Below, piece after piece: positions 39,497 through 49,506 of a stretch of 64,000 bases of DNA (position 1 is its first letter; the number at the start of each line of letters is the position of its first letter). The translations under genes were made by a program, and so were the position numbers. The DNA lies in NCBI GenBank assembly GCA_030602585.1, contig JAUVZJ010000006.1, positions 444 through 64,443 of the forward strand. The letters run 5' to 3'. Under the pieces are notes generated by a model. It did not search any database. It was not told where the DNA came from and saw only the letters and a program-made list of their open reading frames with translations. This stretch comes from Candidatus Methanophagales archaeon (GTDB lineage Archaea > Halobacteriota > Syntropharchaeia > Alkanophagales > Methanospirareceae).

Positions 39497-40642
39497 ATGA
39501 AAAAAATATACCACATTGCGGACACGCACATAGGATATTCGGCATATAGAAGAATAGACGAAGCGACAGGGCTGAATCACCGTGAAGTGGACACCTACGA
39601 AGCGTTCAAGCAATTTGTGGATTATGCGCTGAAGGAAAGACCGGATGTGATATTACATGCAGGCGACCTGTTCGACTCCGTTCGACCAACGAACCGTGCT
39701 ATTTCTTTCACGCTTAGCCAGATATTAAGATTAAGCGATGCAGGAATACCATTTGTAGCGATTTCCGGCAATCACGAAACGCCTCGTTTGAAGGAGACAG
39801 GCAGTGTATTCAGCCTGTTTGAGCATATTCCTGATGTGCACTTAGTTTATGAAAATAAATACGAACTCGTTGAAATTGACGATATAAGCATCCATGCGAT
39901 TCCTCATTGCGATGATATTAAAGGCGAGAAGAATAAAATGATGTCGAATAACAGCGATACGAGTTTTAATATCGCACTTATCCATGCAAGCGTTCTCGGT
40001 GCAGGACAACCGATTTTCAGGATGGGCGAATTCAACGAGCAAATTGTTGATATTAACGATTTGACAAATTTTGACTACCTCGCACTGGGGCATTTTCATA
40101 AGTGCACGAAAGTAATGGAAGATGCTTATTACGCAGGCTCAACAGAAAGGTTCAGCTTTAATGAAGTAAACGACGATAAAGTGTTCTTAGAAGTCAGATT
40201 GAGAGAAGATGGCGAAAAAGAAGTTATATTCCACGAGTTAAGAACAAGAGAAATGATGGATTTGGAGCCGATTGTTTGTAACAGTCTCGATGAGCACGAG
40301 ATAAGAAGCACTATAAAACATCGCATCATGGAATGCAATCCGGAAAATAAAGTGGTGAGGTTAAAAGTGCAGGATATACCACTGCACGTATATCATTCGC
40401 TGGATTTTGACGAGCTAAAGCGACTGACGAAGTCCGCAGTTCATTTTGAGATAAAATACGAATTCCAGAGTGATAATGAATTGCTTTCTGCCGAACATCC
40501 TGCCTTTCGTTCTTTACATAGCGAGTTCGAGCAGTTTATCCGCAAATATACGATTGGCGCGCATATAAATAAGACAAGGCTAAAGGAGTTGGGGTTGAGG
40601 TATATGCAGGGATGGGAAAGAGAGGAGCAGGAGGAGGAATAA
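39497..40642 (+). CDS. mre11: Mre11/SbcD nuclease
   Basis: HIADTHIG, HAGDLFD, ISGNHE, YLALGHFH, YAGSTER. Confidence 0.88.
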   Translation: MKKIYHIADTHIGYSAYRRIDEATGLNHREVDTYEAFKQFVDYALKERPDVILHAGDLFDSVRPTNRAISFTLSQILRLSDAGIPFVAISGNHETPRLKETGSVFSLFEHIPDVHLVYENKYELVEIDDISIHAIPHCDDIKGEKNKMMSNNSDTSFNIALIHASVLGAGQPIFRMGEFNEQIVDINDLTNFDYLALGHFHKCTKVMEDAYYAGSTERFSFNEVNDDKVFLEVRLREDGEKEVIFHELRTREMMDLEPIVCNSLDEHEIRSTIKHRIMECNPENKVVRLKVQDIPLHVYHSLDFDELKRLTKSAVHFEIKYEFQSDNELLSAEHPAFRSLHSEFEQFIRKYTIGAHINKTRLKELGLRYMQGWEREEQEEE

Positions 40643-40773
40643 GTAGCTCCTCAAAAAAATATTTGGAATTTGGTTGGTGCCTGGAGCTTGTGATTTATTA
40701 AGATAATAGTGCTTCGTTGTGATGGAGAAAAAGTTTTTTAATGATGAAAGAGAAATGATAATGCAAAGAAGAA

Positions 40774-40846
40774 AGTCCCGTGGTGTAGCGGTCAAGCATA
40801 CCGGCCTTTGGAGCCTGTGACAGGGGTTCGAATCCTCTCGGGACTA
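40774..40846 (+). tRNA. tRNA-Gln(TTG)
   Basis: Acceptor AGTCCCG/CGGGACT, loop CTTTGGA, T-loop GTTCGAATC; one mismatch in the anticodon stem. Confidence 0.93.
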
Positions 40847-40932
40847 CTAAAAACTTTTTTACTCCGCAAAAACCTTTAGTAAAAAAACCCGTAAAAATCA
40901 ATAAATAGCTTTTGATTAGGGTATATTATATC

Positions 40933-41028
40933 ATGAAAGCGGTAATTTTAGCGGCAGGCGAAGGTAAAAGGATGCGCCCACTTACTTATGAAAGACCAAA
41001 AGTAATGCTTCCAAGGTTTCATTCCTGA
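40933..41028 (+). pseudogene. 5' fragment of a GlmU/sugar-phosphate nucleotidyltransferase gene
   Basis: [27 protein letters not shown] then RFHS*; antisense to the DUF123 gene. Confidence 0.85.
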
Positions 41029-41436
41029 TTCATAGAAACTATCGTAAACGCGTTCTTTTAGCCTGGTTAAGCTGTTAGAGAAGAACAAATGACTTTTACA
41101 TGAACAATCGGTGCATCCGAAGTTTTCTATGAAATCTAACTCCTTTCTTAGGTGCATGTTCGCAGCTATTTCGCATTCTTTCCGCTCCTCTGCTTCTGCG
41201 AACACTACTTCCTTTATTTCTACTGCAGGACACGCCATGAAATAATCTATATGCCAGTGCAATTTCTTGTTATTGCCGGGGTTACGCAAATGTCGTTCTA
41301 CCCTTCGTTCTAATCCAGAAAGAGCAGAGCCGACATAAGCATAAAATCCCTTTTTGAACGCTATGCATCCTATTTTACCTATTTCTGCTTCTATATCCTT
41401 CCTGTTCTCTATGATTAGCACGTAGGTTCCTTTCAA
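40948..41436 (-). CDS. GIY-YIG (DUF123/Uri) nuclease family protein
   Basis: [41 protein letters not shown]. Confidence 0.88.
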   Translation of the reverse strand: MKGTYVLIIENRKDIEAEIGKIGCIAFKKGFYAYVGSALSGLERRVERHLRNPGNNKKLHWHIDYFMACPAVEIKEVVFAEAEERKECEIAANMHLRKELDFIENFGCTDCSCKSHLFFSNSLTRLKERVYDSFYESGMKPWKHYFWSFISKWAHPFTFACR

Positions 41437-41545
41437 TTTGTTTTCTTCGCCATATTGAGGAAAATCTCACAGTCGGGGACTTATACCTATATCTATATAA
41501 CATATATGATATAAACGAAAGTAAAGGAGGTGAGATAAGAAAAAA

Positions 41546-42322
41546 ATGGATTTTGGATTGATAGTTGGAATAATATTTGTGGCATTGATTATATTGGCGT
41601 CTTCGATAAAGGTAGTGAAGGAATATGAGCGAGGCGTAATCTTCAGACTTGGACGTTTAGTAGGAGCAAGGGGACCCGGGCTGTTCTTAATCATACCCAT
41701 CTTCGAGTCCATGGTAAAGATAGACTTAAGGGTGTTGGTGTTCGACGTCCCGCCACAGGAGGTTATAACCAGGGATAACGTCACCACGAGAGTAAATGCA
41801 GTCGTCTATTATCGTGTGCTTGACCCGGAGAAGGCGGTAACCGCAGTGGAGAGATACGAGTATGCCACTTCTCAAATCGCTCTGACCACGATAAGAGGCG
41901 TGATAGGGCAGGCGGAACTGGATGATTTGCTCTCTGAAAGGGACAAACTAAATAAACGATTGCAGGCCATAATTGACGAAGCAACAGACCCCTGGGGGAT
42001 AAAAGTCTCAGCGGTGGAGATAAAAGACGTGGAGTTGCCAAAAGAGATGCAGCGCGCGATGGCTGCGCAGGCAGAAGCAGAGCGGAATAGAAGAGCGCGA
42101 ATTATCACCGCAGATGCGGAGTTCCAGGCGTCGAAGAAGATTGCAGAAGCTGCGAACGTCCTTCAAAAAGAAAAAGGCGGGATGTTCATTAGAACATTAC
42201 AAACAATAAAAGAGGCAACGGAGGAGAAAGCTACTACTGTCGTCATCCCGTTCCCAATAGAAATGCTCGAGGCTTTCGGACACCGATCCGAGACAAAGTC
42301 CAAATCTAAAAAAGAGGACTAA
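41546..42322 (+). CDS. Stomatin/slipin (SPFH) protein
   Basis: EYERGVIFRLGR, PPQEVITRDNVT, WGIKV, AMAAQAEAER. Confidence 0.93.
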   Translation: MDFGLIVGIIFVALIILASSIKVVKEYERGVIFRLGRLVGARGPGLFLIIPIFESMVKIDLRVLVFDVPPQEVITRDNVTTRVNAVVYYRVLDPEKAVTAVERYEYATSQIALTTIRGVIGQAELDDLLSERDKLNKRLQAIIDEATDPWGIKVSAVEIKDVELPKEMQRAMAAQAEAERNRRARIITADAEFQASKKIAEAANVLQKEKGGMFIRTLQTIKEATEEKATTVVIPFPIEMLEAFGHRSETKSKSKKED

Positions 42323-42326
42323 GCAA

Positions 42327-42450
42327 GAAATCCCAAGTAAATCCCAATTTCCAAATCCCAAAAAGAAACCACGAGATTTTACAAGATTAATGTGTTCTTG
42401 TGGTTAAAAAGAGTGCAAAATTGGTAGTATTGGGATTTGGGATTTTTTAG
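42327..42450. repeat. Inverted 7-mer-type repeat (AAATCCC.../...GGGATTT) enclosing an AACCACGAGA/TCTTGTGGTT hairpin
   Basis: AAATCCCAA units on the left and TTGGGATTT units on the right. Confidence 0.65.
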
Positions 42451-42475
42451 AGCTCCACAATTGGAAATAGATGGT

Positions 42476-43807
42476 ATGGGGAAGCAATTCTTAGAAATAA
42501 CCGAGAAAGAGAAAGTAGAAAAAATAATCGCCGACTTCAGCGTAAAACTTGCAACACAGATAGCCGTTGAGGCGGAAAAAGTGAAAATAGGCGAAGCACT
42601 CGGTAGAATTGCTTCCGCAGATATTTTTTCCCTTCTCAGTATCCCACCCTTTGACCGGTCAACTATGGACGGCTACGCAGTTGTAGCCTCTGATACGTTC
42701 TACGCCGATGAAAATAATCCTTCAGCGTTGATTATAAAAGGATATATCCCCGCTGGTGAGTTCCCTTCGCAATACGTAGAAAAAGGCTATTGCATGGGCA
42801 TATCTACCGGTGCACCACTTCCAAAAGGAGTAAACGCGGTTGTAAAAGTCGAAAATACTTCCGAGTATCGGGACTCTGTGGAAGGCGAAAGGGAAGGGGG
42901 AAAGATAAAAAAGGTGAAGATATACAAACCTGTCGCTCCTGCCGAAAATATCATGCTTGCAGGTTCGGATATAAAGCGAGGAGAGCAGATAGTAAGGAAT
43001 GGAACCACGCTAACACCGCGTGAGACGGGTGTTCTGGCTGCTTGCGGGATAAATGAAGTTTCTGTACGTAAAAAGCCGATAGTGGCAATTATATCCACAG
43101 GCAACGAAATAATAGCGCCTGGAGAAGACCTCAAGCCCGGAAAAATATACGATGTTAATGCACAGGCACTCAGCGATTCTGTTAGAGAAAGCGGCTGCAC
43201 GCCTTTATTCCTCGGTATAGCCAGCGATAATATCGAAGAAATGACAGGAAAGATAGAAGAGACGTTGAAAGAAGGTGCTGACGTTATAATCGCTTCTGGA
43301 GGGACCTCTGCTGGCGTTGGCGACCTGCTGCCCAAAGCGATAGAAGAGCATGGCGAGATTATCGTGCACGGCGTGGACATAAAACCAGGAAAGCCGTTCA
43401 TTTTCGGTATGCTACATGAAAAGCCTGTGTTCGGATTGCCTGGAAATCCAACTTCCGCATTGATTACATTCAACCTTTTCGTTGCTCCTTTGCTACGCAC
43501 AATATCCGGTATCCATTTGCAAAATTATGAAGAGGGTGAAAGCAGAAAGACAAAGCGAAAAAAAGCAAAGGCAGGGCTTAGAATCTTCTCCGAGCGTGGA
43601 CGAAATGAATACGTGCTTGTAAATCTTGTTCCTGTGAAAACGCCGGGAGAAGGAGAAGAACCTTTTCTTGCCTATCCTATTCTCTCCGGCTCCGGTGCAA
43701 TCACGACACTATCAAAAGCGGATGGCTATATATTCATGGAGAAAGGGAAGGAGATAATAGAAGAAGGAGAGATGGTGGAAGTGGAATTGTTGGCATCCAG
43801 GTTTTAA
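42476..43807 (+). CDS. moeA: Molybdopterin molybdotransferase
   Basis: PPFDRSTMDGYAV, ISTGAPLP, STGNE, SGGTSAG, KPGKP, GLPGNP. Confidence 0.93.
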   Translation: MGKQFLEITEKEKVEKIIADFSVKLATQIAVEAEKVKIGEALGRIASADIFSLLSIPPFDRSTMDGYAVVASDTFYADENNPSALIIKGYIPAGEFPSQYVEKGYCMGISTGAPLPKGVNAVVKVENTSEYRDSVEGEREGGKIKKVKIYKPVAPAENIMLAGSDIKRGEQIVRNGTTLTPRETGVLAACGINEVSVRKKPIVAIISTGNEIIAPGEDLKPGKIYDVNAQALSDSVRESGCTPLFLGIASDNIEEMTGKIEETLKEGADVIIASGGTSAGVGDLLPKAIEEHGEIIVHGVDIKPGKPFIFGMLHEKPVFGLPGNPTSALITFNLFVAPLLRTISGIHLQNYEEGESRKTKRKKAKAGLRIFSERGRNEYVLVNLVPVKTPGEGEEPFLAYPILSGSGAITTLSKADGYIFMEKGKEIIEEGEMVEVELLASRF

Positions 43808-43851
43808 CTTTAACTTTTATATTGTAATAACATATAGACATATCTTAGAAA

Positions 43852-43971
43852 CCCGCCTTAACTCAGTTTGGAAGAGTGCGCGGCTGTAGTGTGACGTTTT
43901 ATCACCTCCCAAGGGTCATATAACCGCGCGCGGACACCGTGCTGTCCCCGGTTCAAATCCGGGAGGCGGGA
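43852..43971 (+). tRNA. tRNA-Tyr(GTA) with a 46-nt intron (43890-43935) at position 37/38
   Basis: CCCGCCT/AGGCGGG acceptor (C1:G72), CGCGG-CTGTAG^A-CCGTG, GTTCAAATC; TATA-like TTTTATAT ~30 bp upstream. Confidence 0.92.
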
Positions 43972-43980
43972 TTTTTTAAA

Positions 43981-45027
43981 ATGACAGAAATGAAAGAACT
44001 ATTGAAAAAATTAGCCGATGCACATGGCGTTTCGGGCTACGAAGAAGGGGTAAGGGGAATCGTGGAAGCGGAGTTACGGGAATACGTGGACGAGATAAAA
44101 ACCGACAGGTTGGGGAATCTGATAGCCACGAAGCACGGTAAGAAACCTTCTGTTATGATAGCTGCGCACCTCGATGAGATAGGGCTTATGGTGAAGCATA
44201 TAGAAGACGAGGGTTTCATAAGATTCTCAACCGTGGGAGGCTGGTTTGCGCAGACATTGCTCAATCAAAGGGTGATTTTGCACACCGAGGGCGGCGATGC
44301 GTTCGGCGTTATAGGCTCGAAACCGCCTCATGCAATGAAGAAGGAAGAGAGAGAGAAGGTAATAAAATCCGAAGATATGTTCATTGACGTAGGCGCTCGT
44401 AGCAAAGAAGAAGTGGAGCAAATGGGTATTCCTCTTGGAACGCCAGTCACCATAGACCGGCACTTTGTAGAGCTCAAAAACGAGATGGTTACCTGTAAAG
44501 CATTTGATAATCGGTCAGGCATTGCAATGATGATAGAGGCGCTTAAAAGGGCAAATACTGAATTCGAGGTGTATGCAGTGGGAACAGTGCAGGAGGAAGT
44601 AGGACTGAAAGGAGCACGGACTACCGCTTATGAACTCAACCCTGACGTTGCGATCGCAACCGATGTAGCAATAGCTGGCGGGCATCCCGGTATAGAGAAG
44701 AAGGATACAACGATAGAGATAGGAAAAGGTCCGGTAATCACCGTTTCCGATGCTGCGGGTCGTGGTATAATAACGCCCCCTTCAGTATTGAAATGGCTTA
44801 AAGAGTCTGCTTCTCGTTATAATATAGAATACCAGTTGAGCGTAGCAGAGGGCGGCACAACCGACGCTACTGCAATACTTCTCACGAAAAGCGGCATACC
44901 CTCAGGCGTAATTAGCGTTCCCACAAGGTATATTCACACGCCTGTGGAGTTATTAAGCTTAAAAGACCTTGATAGATGCGCTGAACTCATTGCAAAAGCT
45001 ATCGAGCGAGTGGGGGATTACTTCTAA
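43981..45027 (+). CDS. M42 family (TET) aminopeptidase
   Basis: GVSGYE, AAHLDEIG, KAFDNR, VQEEVGL, GGTTDA, RYIHTP. Confidence 0.93.
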   Translation: MTEMKELLKKLADAHGVSGYEEGVRGIVEAELREYVDEIKTDRLGNLIATKHGKKPSVMIAAHLDEIGLMVKHIEDEGFIRFSTVGGWFAQTLLNQRVILHTEGGDAFGVIGSKPPHAMKKEEREKVIKSEDMFIDVGARSKEEVEQMGIPLGTPVTIDRHFVELKNEMVTCKAFDNRSGIAMMIEALKRANTEFEVYAVGTVQEEVGLKGARTTAYELNPDVAIATDVAIAGGHPGIEKKDTTIEIGKGPVITVSDAAGRGIITPPSVLKWLKESASRYNIEYQLSVAEGGTTDATAILLTKSGIPSGVISVPTRYIHTPVELLSLKDLDRCAELIAKAIERVGDYF

Positions 45028-45116
45028 ATAAACCCTTTTCTTTTAGAAAAAACTTTTTTGCTTCGCAAAGACCTTTACTAAAAATTAAAAAGTCTTAGCG
45101 GTTTCAGGAAAGAAAA

Positions 45117-45884
45117 ATGCCTTTAAGAATAAACCTTGGTGGCATCGTTCCTTTTTCTACCATAGACTGGCGAGGAAAAGCAGCAATGGTGATATTTCTT
45201 AGAGGATGTCCGCTCCGATGCAGCTATTGCCAGAATTATAACCTGTTAGAAGACTCTCACTACGGTGAGATGAAAGAAATAGAAGAGGACATAAAGAAAA
45301 ACGAGGATTTCATAGATGCGGTGGTTATCTCCGGCGGTGAACCCTTCATGCAACCTCAGGCAATAGAGGAAATCGCGGAATTCGCGAAAAAGCACTCGCT
45401 GTTCGTTGCCGTGCAGACGAATGGGTTTTATCCCGCGGTTATCGAATCCATGCTAAAAAGGAAACTAATTGATAAAATCTTCCTCGACATCAAGGCGCCG
45501 CTATCAGATGAGAAGCTGTACGAGAAACTAACAAAGGTCTCCGGGGTAACGAGAAGAGTAAAAAATACGCTTGATGTTTGTATCCATGCGAAAATAGACC
45601 TCGAACTGGTAACGACCGTATTCAAGAATCTCGTTGGCGGCGAGGAAGTGAAGCGCATAGCGGAAGAAATTGAAGAGGCTGGTGCCGCATACTGCCCGTA
45701 TGTAATACAACAGGGAAGAGCCGAAATCGTTCCCGACAAAGCAATAAAAGAGGAGGACGTGTTCAGCCACGACGAGTTAAAAGAGCTCGCAGCACTTGCA
45801 TACCATGCCGCATATCTGAAAGAAGTCAGGGTCAGAACCAGGGAAGATGGTGAAGAAGTAATATTCAAGAGGGGGAAATCCTAA
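45117..45884 (+). CDS. nrdG: Anaerobic ribonucleotide reductase activating radical SAM protein
   Basis: STIDW, GCPLRCSYCQN, SGGEP, TNG, LDIKAP. Confidence 0.8.
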   Translation: MPLRINLGGIVPFSTIDWRGKAAMVIFLRGCPLRCSYCQNYNLLEDSHYGEMKEIEEDIKKNEDFIDAVVISGGEPFMQPQAIEEIAEFAKKHSLFVAVQTNGFYPAVIESMLKRKLIDKIFLDIKAPLSDEKLYEKLTKVSGVTRRVKNTLDVCIHAKIDLELVTTVFKNLVGGEEVKRIAEEIEEAGAAYCPYVIQQGRAEIVPDKAIKEEDVFSHDELKELAALAYHAAYLKEVRVRTREDGEEVIFKRGKS

Positions 45885-46090
45885 ATCCTAAACTCTAAAT
45901 ACTAAACAAACCCAAATGACAAAAATAAAAAATTCAAAACAAACCTTTCTTTTGAACGGCTTCGCCGTTCCATTGCTTTAGCAATGTGAAAAGAAAGCTT
46001 TACCAAAGAAACTATTATTTCAAAAAAGTTTGTTTTGGTATTGTGATTTTGAATTTTGATATTGTTTAGGATTTAGTGCTTGGTATTTAG
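45877..46090. repeat. Nested repeat: 7-mer inverted repeat > AAAGCTTTACCAAAGAAAC element > 30-bp double hairpin
   Basis: Outer AAATCCTAAATCCTAAA.../...TTTAGGATTTAG; middle 45941-46012; inner 45957-45986 flanked by TGAA. Confidence 0.75.
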
Positions 46091-46126
46091 TTATTTATAA
46101 CGATATTGTCTACTTAAGGGGTGAAC

Positions 46127-46459
46127 ATGGTAAGCGTTTTTATTGAGGCGGTTCCCGCAAATGTGCTTATTGCAAGAGCAGTTTGTAACGATAACGGGGA
46201 TAGCAATGCGAATTACACATGCTTCGGAATGATGATAAGGATAAGAGGGGATAAAAAACTTGTTTTGAAGAGGGTAATTATCGAACAGGCAATTGGCAGG
46301 GGATTGACCGAAAACGAATGGCAGAGTGTTGCATGGAATTATATCGGTGCTATTTCCAAATCGGAGCAAGACGAGATTGTATTCGTGGATTCCGAAGAAT
46401 CAAAAATCATGGATGAGTATTGGGACAAACAGTTAGAGAGTGTCAAAAAGAAAACTTAA
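46127..46459 (+). CDS. Hypothetical protein
   Basis: ORF with GGGGTGA RBS, co-oriented with neighbours. Confidence 0.55.
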   Translation: MVSVFIEAVPANVLIARAVCNDNGDSNANYTCFGMMIRIRGDKKLVLKRVIIEQAIGRGLTENEWQSVAWNYIGAISKSEQDEIVFVDSEESKIMDEYWDKQLESVKKKT

Positions 46460-46486
46460 AAAGTAGTTATCATATAATCAAACAAC

Positions 46487-46933
46487 ATGGCAAAAATAAA
46501 ATGCGTTTTCTGGAAGGATAAACTCGGTGGGGAAACAGAGAGGCAGGTAACAGAGGCTTTCAGCTACGGATTTACCGTCGGTCCGCATGGCGAATGGGAA
46601 ATGGTAATCGCAAAGGAGGATAAAGAAGTGAAGAAGGACGAAGTCGTGAATATAAAGATAAACGAAATAGAGGTGCCTCCAAAGTCAATAATCTTGCCTT
46701 GCCCCATATTGCGACACGCACTTGGTATAGTTTCTTCGCTCGCGGCAGTGGGAAAGCCGACGGCGGTTGAGGAAAGAAGAGTTTTTGATGAAGTCATTTT
46801 TCACCCAATAAGCGATGGTAAGGTGGGCAAAGGGGAATTACTCTGTGTTATGAACATATTTTACGCTACAATCGAGCGAAGGCTTACAAGGGGAGCTGCG
46901 GAAAAGTGGCTGCAGGAGAGATACAGGTATTAG
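46487..46933 (+). CDS. DUF22 family protein
   Basis: WEMVIAKED, PCPILRHALG, DGKVGKGELL. Confidence 0.65.
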   Translation: MAKIKCVFWKDKLGGETERQVTEAFSYGFTVGPHGEWEMVIAKEDKEVKKDEVVNIKINEIEVPPKSIILPCPILRHALGIVSSLAAVGKPTAVEERRVFDEVIFHPISDGKVGKGELLCVMNIFYATIERRLTRGAAEKWLQERYRY

Positions 46934-47472
46934 CATTTGTCGGTGCACCCGCGGCAGGGAAGACCGAAGCTGCATCGGTTGCAAAGGAAATGGGCATTCC
47001 AGTCATAACAATGGGAGAAGTAATAAGAGAAGAGTTGAAAATGCGAGGGCTTTCGTTAAGCGACGAAAATGCGGGCAGAGTAGCAACTGAGCTAAGGGAT
47101 AGGGAGGGGATGGATGCGATTGCAAAACGGTGCATCCCGCTTATAAAGGACATAGAGAGAAAAAAAGCGGAAAAGATGGTTATCGTGATAGATGGAATAA
47201 GAGGCATCGCAGAAGTAGAAACGTTCAAGAGAGAATTTGGCAATGATTTCGTTCTTGTGAGAGTAGATGCGCCTCTTAGCCTTAGATATGAACGAATAAA
47301 ATCCCGTGGTAGAAGCGATGACTTATTAAGTATCAGCGATTTTAAGAAGCGAGAGGAAAGGGAGAAAGGCTGGGGTATGGGAGAAGCGATGGAAAAAGCA
47401 GATAAGGTTGTAAAGAACGAGAGTTTCATAGAGGAGTTTAAAGAACAGATAAAAAGGATTGTATTTCCATAG
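46906..47472 (+). CDS. Dephospho-CoA kinase-like P-loop protein (UPF0200)
   Basis: VGAPAAGKT, MGEVIRE, IDGIRG..E, RGRSDD, REKGWG. Confidence 0.85.
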   Translation: MAAGEIQVLAFVGAPAAGKTEAASVAKEMGIPVITMGEVIREELKMRGLSLSDENAGRVATELRDREGMDAIAKRCIPLIKDIERKKAEKMVIVIDGIRGIAEVETFKREFGNDFVLVRVDAPLSLRYERIKSRGRSDDLLSISDFKKREEREKGWGMGEAMEKADKVVKNESFIEEFKEQIKRIVFP

Positions 47473-47483
47473 CTAATGTAAAA

Positions 47484-47570
47484 AACCACGAGATTAACAC
47501 AAGACCAGAAAACAGAGAATAGATAACAGAGAACAGAAAACAGAATTCTGACTTCTGTTCTCTGACTTCT
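47484..47570. repeat. CAGAGAA/CAGAAAA 7-mer tandem-inverted repeat
   Basis: CAGAAAA CAGAGAA TAGATAA CAGAGAA CAGAAAA CAGAATT CTGACTT CTGTTCT CTGACTT. Confidence 0.65.
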
Positions 47571-47594
47571 CGTATCTTCATCACAATTTCTCGC

Positions 47595-48041
47595 TTACAC
47601 GGCATTTGCAACACTCAAGGGTTTCATGCTTTCCGTGGGAAACAACTGGTATTGCCGCATTGCTCTGCTCCCCTTTCTCTCTAAAATACCTTCAGAATGC
47701 ATGCTCGCCAAATACGTTGATATGGTGCTAAGTCGCACATTCTCATCGAATGCTTCTTCATATATTCTCTTTACCTGTGAAGAGGTGAACCAACCATTTG
47801 GGGCACGTTCGTCATAGCGCAAAAAAGATGCCAACCTTTCCTTTATCGTGAGGTCTTCGCCTCCGCCGTCATAGGGATTCCTAACGGACGATGAAGAAAG
47901 TTGTCCCTCTAAAAACTGTGTTATACTTCTTATCATGAGAGGTTTAAACGATTCGCTTAGTAAATCACCTTCGCTTTCCATAGAAGTTTTCACTCCTTCT
48001 TCATTCGTCACCTCCACCCGCACCTTTATTCCCATCTTCAC
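47595..48041 (-). CDS. Hypothetical winged-helix protein
   Basis: WFTSSQVKRIYE...LSTISTYLASM...GILERKG. Confidence 0.6.
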   Translation of the reverse strand: MKMGIKVRVEVTNEEGVKTSMESEGDLLSESFKPLMIRSITQFLEGQLSSSSVRNPYDGGGEDLTIKERLASFLRYDERAPNGWFTSSQVKRIYEEAFDENVRLSTISTYLASMHSEGILERKGSRAMRQYQLFPTESMKPLSVANAV

Positions 48042-48216
48042 GTCTTCACCTGTTCACTGAACAAATGAAGTATAGTTGGAGGTTATATATAAAGGTATAG
48101 GGTAAAGAAGGGAAAAACATACTTATTTCCTATGGAGCGAAGCAGTGAATAAGTGAACCTTACTAAAACTTTATACCGTAGAAGATAAATTTTAAATAGC
48201 GGAGGGCAAGGCGAAG

Positions 48217-49446
48217 TTGGCTGCGAAGAAAGATTACTACGATACTTTAGGTGTGGATAAAGGAGCATCGCAGGACGGAATAAAACGTGCTTATCGGAGA
48301 TTAGCGAAAAAATATCATCCTGACCTTAACAAGGATAATACGAAGGATGCGGAAGAGAAGTTCAAAGAGGTATCTGAGGCTTATGAGGTGTTATCAGACC
48401 AGCAGAAGAGAACGAATTATGATAGTTTTGGACATGCCGGCGTTGATTTTGGTCCGGGAGGATTTGACTGGTCTCATTTCACGAGGTTTAACGATATAGA
48501 CGATATATTTGGTGATTTGCTCAGAGATTTATTTGGAGGAGGCCGTGGATTTGGTAGAGGAGGTGGTGGTGCCGGAGTAGGAAGTGCCATATTTGATGAG
48601 TTCTTCGGCAGGGGCTATACGAGAGCGGATGGGAGATACAGACCAGAAAGAGGAAGCGATATCAGGTATGGGCTTGAGATAGACCTTGAGGAAGCAGTGA
48701 AGGGAATGGAGAAAGAGATAAGCATTGTTAAAGAAGAGCAATGCCCCTCCTGTAAGGGAACAGGTGCGAGTTCGGGTGGATTGGGAACCTGTTCTACCTG
48801 TGGAGGAACGGGACAGACAAGGAAAGTGCAAAGGCAGGGCTTTGCTCAATTCGTTTCTATCTCTACATGTCCTCGATGTGGAGGAAGGGGAAAAGTGATA
48901 GAGAAGCCGTGCGAGGATTGCAATGGAAGCGGTAAAAATAGAGTGAATAAGCGAATATCGGTGCGAGTACCACCGGGTGTGGATACCGGAAGCAGATTAA
49001 GGATTGCAGGTGAAGGAGGAGCAGGAGAAAGAGGAGGACCACCGGGCGATTTGTATGTAGTGATCCATGTAAGAGAGCATGAATTCTTCAAAAGGGCGGG
49101 GGATGACCTGTTTTGTGATATTCCTATTCGCTTCGCACAGGCAGCGCTTGGCGATGAGATAGAGGTAAAGACGATAGATGGTAACGTTGCGAGAATAAAA
49201 ATGCCGGCGGGCACGCAATCAGGCACGGTTTTCCGGCTGAAGAACAAAGGAATGCCGGATTTGAAAGGCTACGGCAGAGGAAACATGCTGGTGAAAGTGG
49301 ATGTAGTAACGCCAGCAAAACTGAGTAAAAAACAGAAGGAATTGCTACGTGAATTTGATAATGAAGTGGGAGGAGGACAAGAAGAGGGGCAAGGGCAAAA
49401 GAAAGGTTACTTCTGGTGGAATAAAAACGAAGGTAGAAGTAAATAA
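48217..49446 (+). CDS. dnaJ: Chaperone DnaJ
   Basis: J domain with HPD, G/F region, four CxxCxGxG; TTG start. Confidence 0.96.
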   Translation: MAAKKDYYDTLGVDKGASQDGIKRAYRRLAKKYHPDLNKDNTKDAEEKFKEVSEAYEVLSDQQKRTNYDSFGHAGVDFGPGGFDWSHFTRFNDIDDIFGDLLRDLFGGGRGFGRGGGGAGVGSAIFDEFFGRGYTRADGRYRPERGSDIRYGLEIDLEEAVKGMEKEISIVKEEQCPSCKGTGASSGGLGTCSTCGGTGQTRKVQRQGFAQFVSISTCPRCGGRGKVIEKPCEDCNGSGKNRVNKRISVRVPPGVDTGSRLRIAGEGGAGERGGPPGDLYVVIHVREHEFFKRAGDDLFCDIPIRFAQAALGDEIEVKTIDGNVARIKMPAGTQSGTVFRLKNKGMPDLKGYGRGNMLVKVDVVTPAKLSKKQKELLREFDNEVGGGQEEGQGQKKGYFWWNKNEGRSK

Positions 49447-49506
49447 AATACAAACTATCCAAAATTAACATTAGCACCGCTTAATAGAATAGATAAAAAG
49501 AAGGAG

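Noticed and set aside
40774-43971. tRNA genes as integration (att) sites
   Set aside because: No duplicated tRNA 3' end or nearby integrase found
43939-43980. GTG-start extension of the M42 peptidase
   Set aside because: Overlaps tRNA-Tyr; ATG 43981 or 43990 is the likely start
48217-49446. dnaJ without dnaK/grpE
   Set aside because: Separation is common and the partners may lie outside the window
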